A stretch of DNA of 35,167 bases, from IMG/VR virus record IMGVR_UViG_3300017589_000285, positions 1-35,167 of that record; one strand, given 5' to 3'. Positions within the stretch are counted from its first letter, which is position 1, and each line of letters opens with the position of its first letter. The stretch comes from a virus. Its lineage: Duplodnaviria > Caudoviricetes. This document shows positions 33,036-35,167 of this stretch, in pieces. The notes under the pieces were generated by a model. The model had not been told where the DNA came from. It ran no database searches and saw nothing but the letters and a program-made list of their open reading frames with translations. The position numbers were made by a program, and so were the translations under genes.

Positions 33036-33242
33036 GATATCGCTCTGGTCTGCTACAAAGACAGCCTCGGCCTTAAGAAGCTCCAGCGAATGCAGGACGG
33101 AAGCATAAATCTAATGGCAGCTGACGGAACCATAATAACAGTCCCGGAAGAAGATGCCCACGTTCCAGACCTGTTCGCAGTATGGGGCAAGGCAATGACC
33201 TACACCTATAAGGAATCCGGAAGAATAAAACACGGCCTTTAG
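33036..33242 (+). pseudogene. Relic 3' fragment of another CI-like S24 domain
   Basis: DIALVCYKDSLGLKKL...INLMAAD...VWGKAM aligns by eye with the CI C-terminus; no HTH, catalytic Ser or RBS; followed by the same hairpin as cI. Confidence 0.6.
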
Positions 33243-33267
33243 CCCCTGCATTTGCAGGGGTATTTTT
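33242..33267 (+). terminator. Hairpin/terminator, second copy of the post-cI element (first copy 32288-32312)
   Basis: GCCCCTGC-ATTT-GCAGGGGT followed by ATTTTT. Confidence 0.6.
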
Positions 33268-33286
33268 ATATGGAGGAGGGATAATC

Positions 33287-33988
33287 TTGGTTAATGTTAA
33301 TCAAAATTCGGATGAGTATATTATCACTGATTATCATTTGAACTCTTACCCGGGGTATTTGGCTGTTTTAATATTTCTGATTTGTTTTTGGTTTATTGGT
33401 TTCATGTGGTCTTTTATTCTTGGTATTATGTCCGGAGTGCTATTGAGACTGAAATTGACTTCTGAGCAGAAAAAACAAAAAAAAAGATTAAATAAAATAC
33501 AAGATATGAATGCTATTAATGATGAAGATGTATATGAAGGAGATGTCGGAGGAGAGGACGAAGATGAGGAGGCCTTTGATGTTATGACCGAGAATTTCAA
33601 ATCTACATACGATGAAGTAAGTCGCAAGCGCAGAGCTATGGATAAAAACTATACGCCCTTGACTCTCGATAAAAGAAAAAAAATCGGAACATTTCAGGGG
33701 TCTTCGGGGGAGATATATAAAACAACCCCTGATTCATGTACCTGTATGGATTTCGCAAGGAACGATGGCGCTAAATGTAAACATATATATCGTCTTGAAC
33801 ATGAACTGGGAATATATGACCTATTAGTAACAACCCCTAAAGAAAGTAGGAAGGATGCTAATGTTAGAAGAGAAGCCGGGACCTTGTTAGGCGACATATC
33901 ACGTTATTGGGAATTTATTTCACTTGAAGATCTTAAAAAGTTGATGAATGAAATTGAGCTCCTTAAATTACAACAAGGTAAACAATAA
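33287..33988 (+). CDS. Membrane-anchored SWIM zinc-finger protein
   Basis: GGAGGAGG RBS, N-terminal hydrophobic stretch, CTCMDF...CKHI. Confidence 0.8.
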   Translation: MVNVNQNSDEYIITDYHLNSYPGYLAVLIFLICFWFIGFMWSFILGIMSGVLLRLKLTSEQKKQKKRLNKIQDMNAINDEDVYEGDVGGEDEDEEAFDVMTENFKSTYDEVSRKRRAMDKNYTPLTLDKRKKIGTFQGSSGEIYKTTPDSCTCMDFARNDGAKCKHIYRLEHELGIYDLLVTTPKESRKDANVRREAGTLLGDISRYWEFISLEDLKKLMNEIELLKLQQGKQ

Positions 33989-34063
33989 CCCTGGTAGTGG
34001 CTTATACACGAGTATTTAGTACAATTTTGAAATGGAAACAATTAGTATAAATAATGAGAACAC

Positions 34064-34105
34064 AAAAAGGAGCTGTGTGAAATACTAAGACTCCACACAG
34101 CTCCT
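34064..34105 (-). terminator. Terminator of the right-hand minus-strand operon
   Basis: 12-bp stem AGGAGCTGTGTG/CACACAGCTCCT with a T-run on the minus strand. Confidence 0.75.
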
Positions 34106-34122
34106 GATGTTGCGATAATTAT

Positions 34123-34215
34123 CTATTTAGTATCATCCTTCTTGTCCTTATTTTCGTCCTCTACAACAGGATCGTTTTCGTGCATATCAAAATCAGTGAG
34201 AATATCCATTCCCAT
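34123..34215 (-). CDS. Acidic micropeptide (30 aa, not in the track)
   Basis: AGGAGGTG RBS; MGMDILTDFDMHENDPVVEDENKDKKDDTK. Confidence 0.65.
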   Translation of the reverse strand: MGMDILTDFDMHENDPVVEDENKDKKDDTK

Positions 34216-34237
34216 GTAACACACCTCCTATGTAATA

Positions 34238-35167
34238 TCAGTATGGTCTAACAAGCTCTTGTGTCTTCTTATTCGCATCTTCAAACACCGCTTTTTCCTT
34301 AATTAAGTTCGCTCGCGCTCGATCGTCCCATTTTCTAAAAAGCAAAATAACATTTGTAAAATATTTTTCGCTATTAGATATATTATTCACAGAAATATTT
34401 CTATATAACACAGACACTAACTCTATATAAGTCTGGTGGAGCGACTGATAGACAAACTTCTCATCAGCTGTACAAGACACCCCATTGGTATCTGCGCTGA
34501 CAAAATGCATCGCAAAATATTCAAGGTCGTTCAACACTCTTTGAATAAGCGTTGCAACTTTTTTCTCTGCCAGTTTAGCGAAGAAAGGATCTTCTTCTTT
34601 GATTTTTTCTTCATCTACAAAAAACTTTAATTCTTTTACAATATTACAAAAGTCTTCTGTTCCCATCAGCTTGGCAATCGCAGCTTCATCATTATCGGGA
34701 AACAATGTATTCTTCTCACTGACATCAAAGTGGAGCATTTTATCAGTGGGCCTTATGACTTTCGCATAAAGGCCAGACGCTTTGTAGACACGAGAAATAA
34801 GACTTGCACCAACAATAATACGATCTTTGTAGAACCCTGCAAGATTTATGGCTTTCTGACGCCTTGCACTCTGGATTTCTTCTATTTGTAAATTAATGCG
34901 TTCTCTCTCTTTTTTCTGTGTTTCTATAAACTGCCTGGCAGATAAAAGGTATTGGCATATTGCAAGCACAAACGTTAATATCAGAAAGAATCCAACTAGC
35001 ACCTGTGATACGTAGTACGCCCTTCCAAGAATATTTATCCTTGAAAATGGGAGGCACAGAACAAGCGCAAAATAGACGATGAAAAGAACTATTGCAATCC
35101 ATACAACATAATCCAAGATGGATTTTGACTGGGACACGTCATTGGTTGGTTGATTGTTATCGTCCAT
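34238..35167 (-). CDS. Two-TM membrane protein with DUF4760-like helical domain (start at the window edge)
   Basis: Two TMs, coiled coil, then LNDLEYFAM...ADE...YFTNVILLFRKW. Confidence 0.65.
   Translation of the reverse strand: MDDNNQPTNDVSQSKSILDYVVWIAIVLFIVYFALVLCLPFSRINILGRAYYVSQVLVGFFLILTFVLAICQYLLSARQFIETQKKERERINLQIEEIQSARRQKAINLAGFYKDRIIVGASLISRVYKASGLYAKVIRPTDKMLHFDVSEKNTLFPDNDEAAIAKLMGTEDFCNIVKELKFFVDEEKIKEEDPFFAKLAEKKVATLIQRVLNDLEYFAMHFVSADTNGVSCTADEKFVYQSLHQTYIELVSVLYRNISVNNISNSEKYFTNVILLFRKWDDRARANLIKEKAVFEDANKKTQELVRPY

Larger units (their letters stand above)
487..35167. mobile_element. Temperate siphophage (prophage or excised form), continues beyond the window
   Basis: Ordered lysis-tail-head-packaging-replication-immunity modules bounded on the left by a tRNA-derived att core. 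Confidence 0.95.

Noticed and set aside
32991-33242. Intact 83-aa gene
   Set aside because: Start lies inside the upstream gene without an RBS; better explained as a cI relic.
34027-34055. Plus-strand promoter for an antisense RNA (type I toxin-antitoxin idea)
   Set aside because: TTGAAA-17-AATAAT is weak in an AT-rich context, and the peptide is acidic rather than hydrophobic like type I toxins.

Overview
Nearly complete temperate siphophage genome with an HK97-type head, probably from a diderm host (spanin-like genes; host taxon not determinable here). Left to right: the 5' part of an arm-binding tyrosine integrase (1-297, absent from the ORF track), then an att core made of the 3' half of tRNA-Thr(GGT) plus a terminator. 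A long minus-strand block follows: lysis, tail, head and packaging genes, HNH, a second small tyrosine recombinase with a repeat array, replication genes (SSB, DnaC-like loader, initiator with iterons), a C5 methyltransferase, small early genes, Xis, antirepressor and Cro. Then come the divergent CI repressor and accessory membrane-protein genes. Main observations: (1) three candidate -1 ribosomal frameshifts, in the tail chaperone (expected), the capsid (adds two Ig-like domains) and, unexpectedly, cro (A_AAC_CCT + 7 nt + GC-rich hairpin, giving an 88 aa and a 162 aa form); (2) a 26-bp inverted repeat pair 857 nt apart around a membrane protein/proline-rich micropeptide cassette, where the upstream copy is complementary to the terminator in front of the antirepressor; (3) a resolution-site-like array next to the likely cos region; (4) a non-lipoprotein spanin candidate. 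Family assignments come from motif recognition by eye, not database searches.
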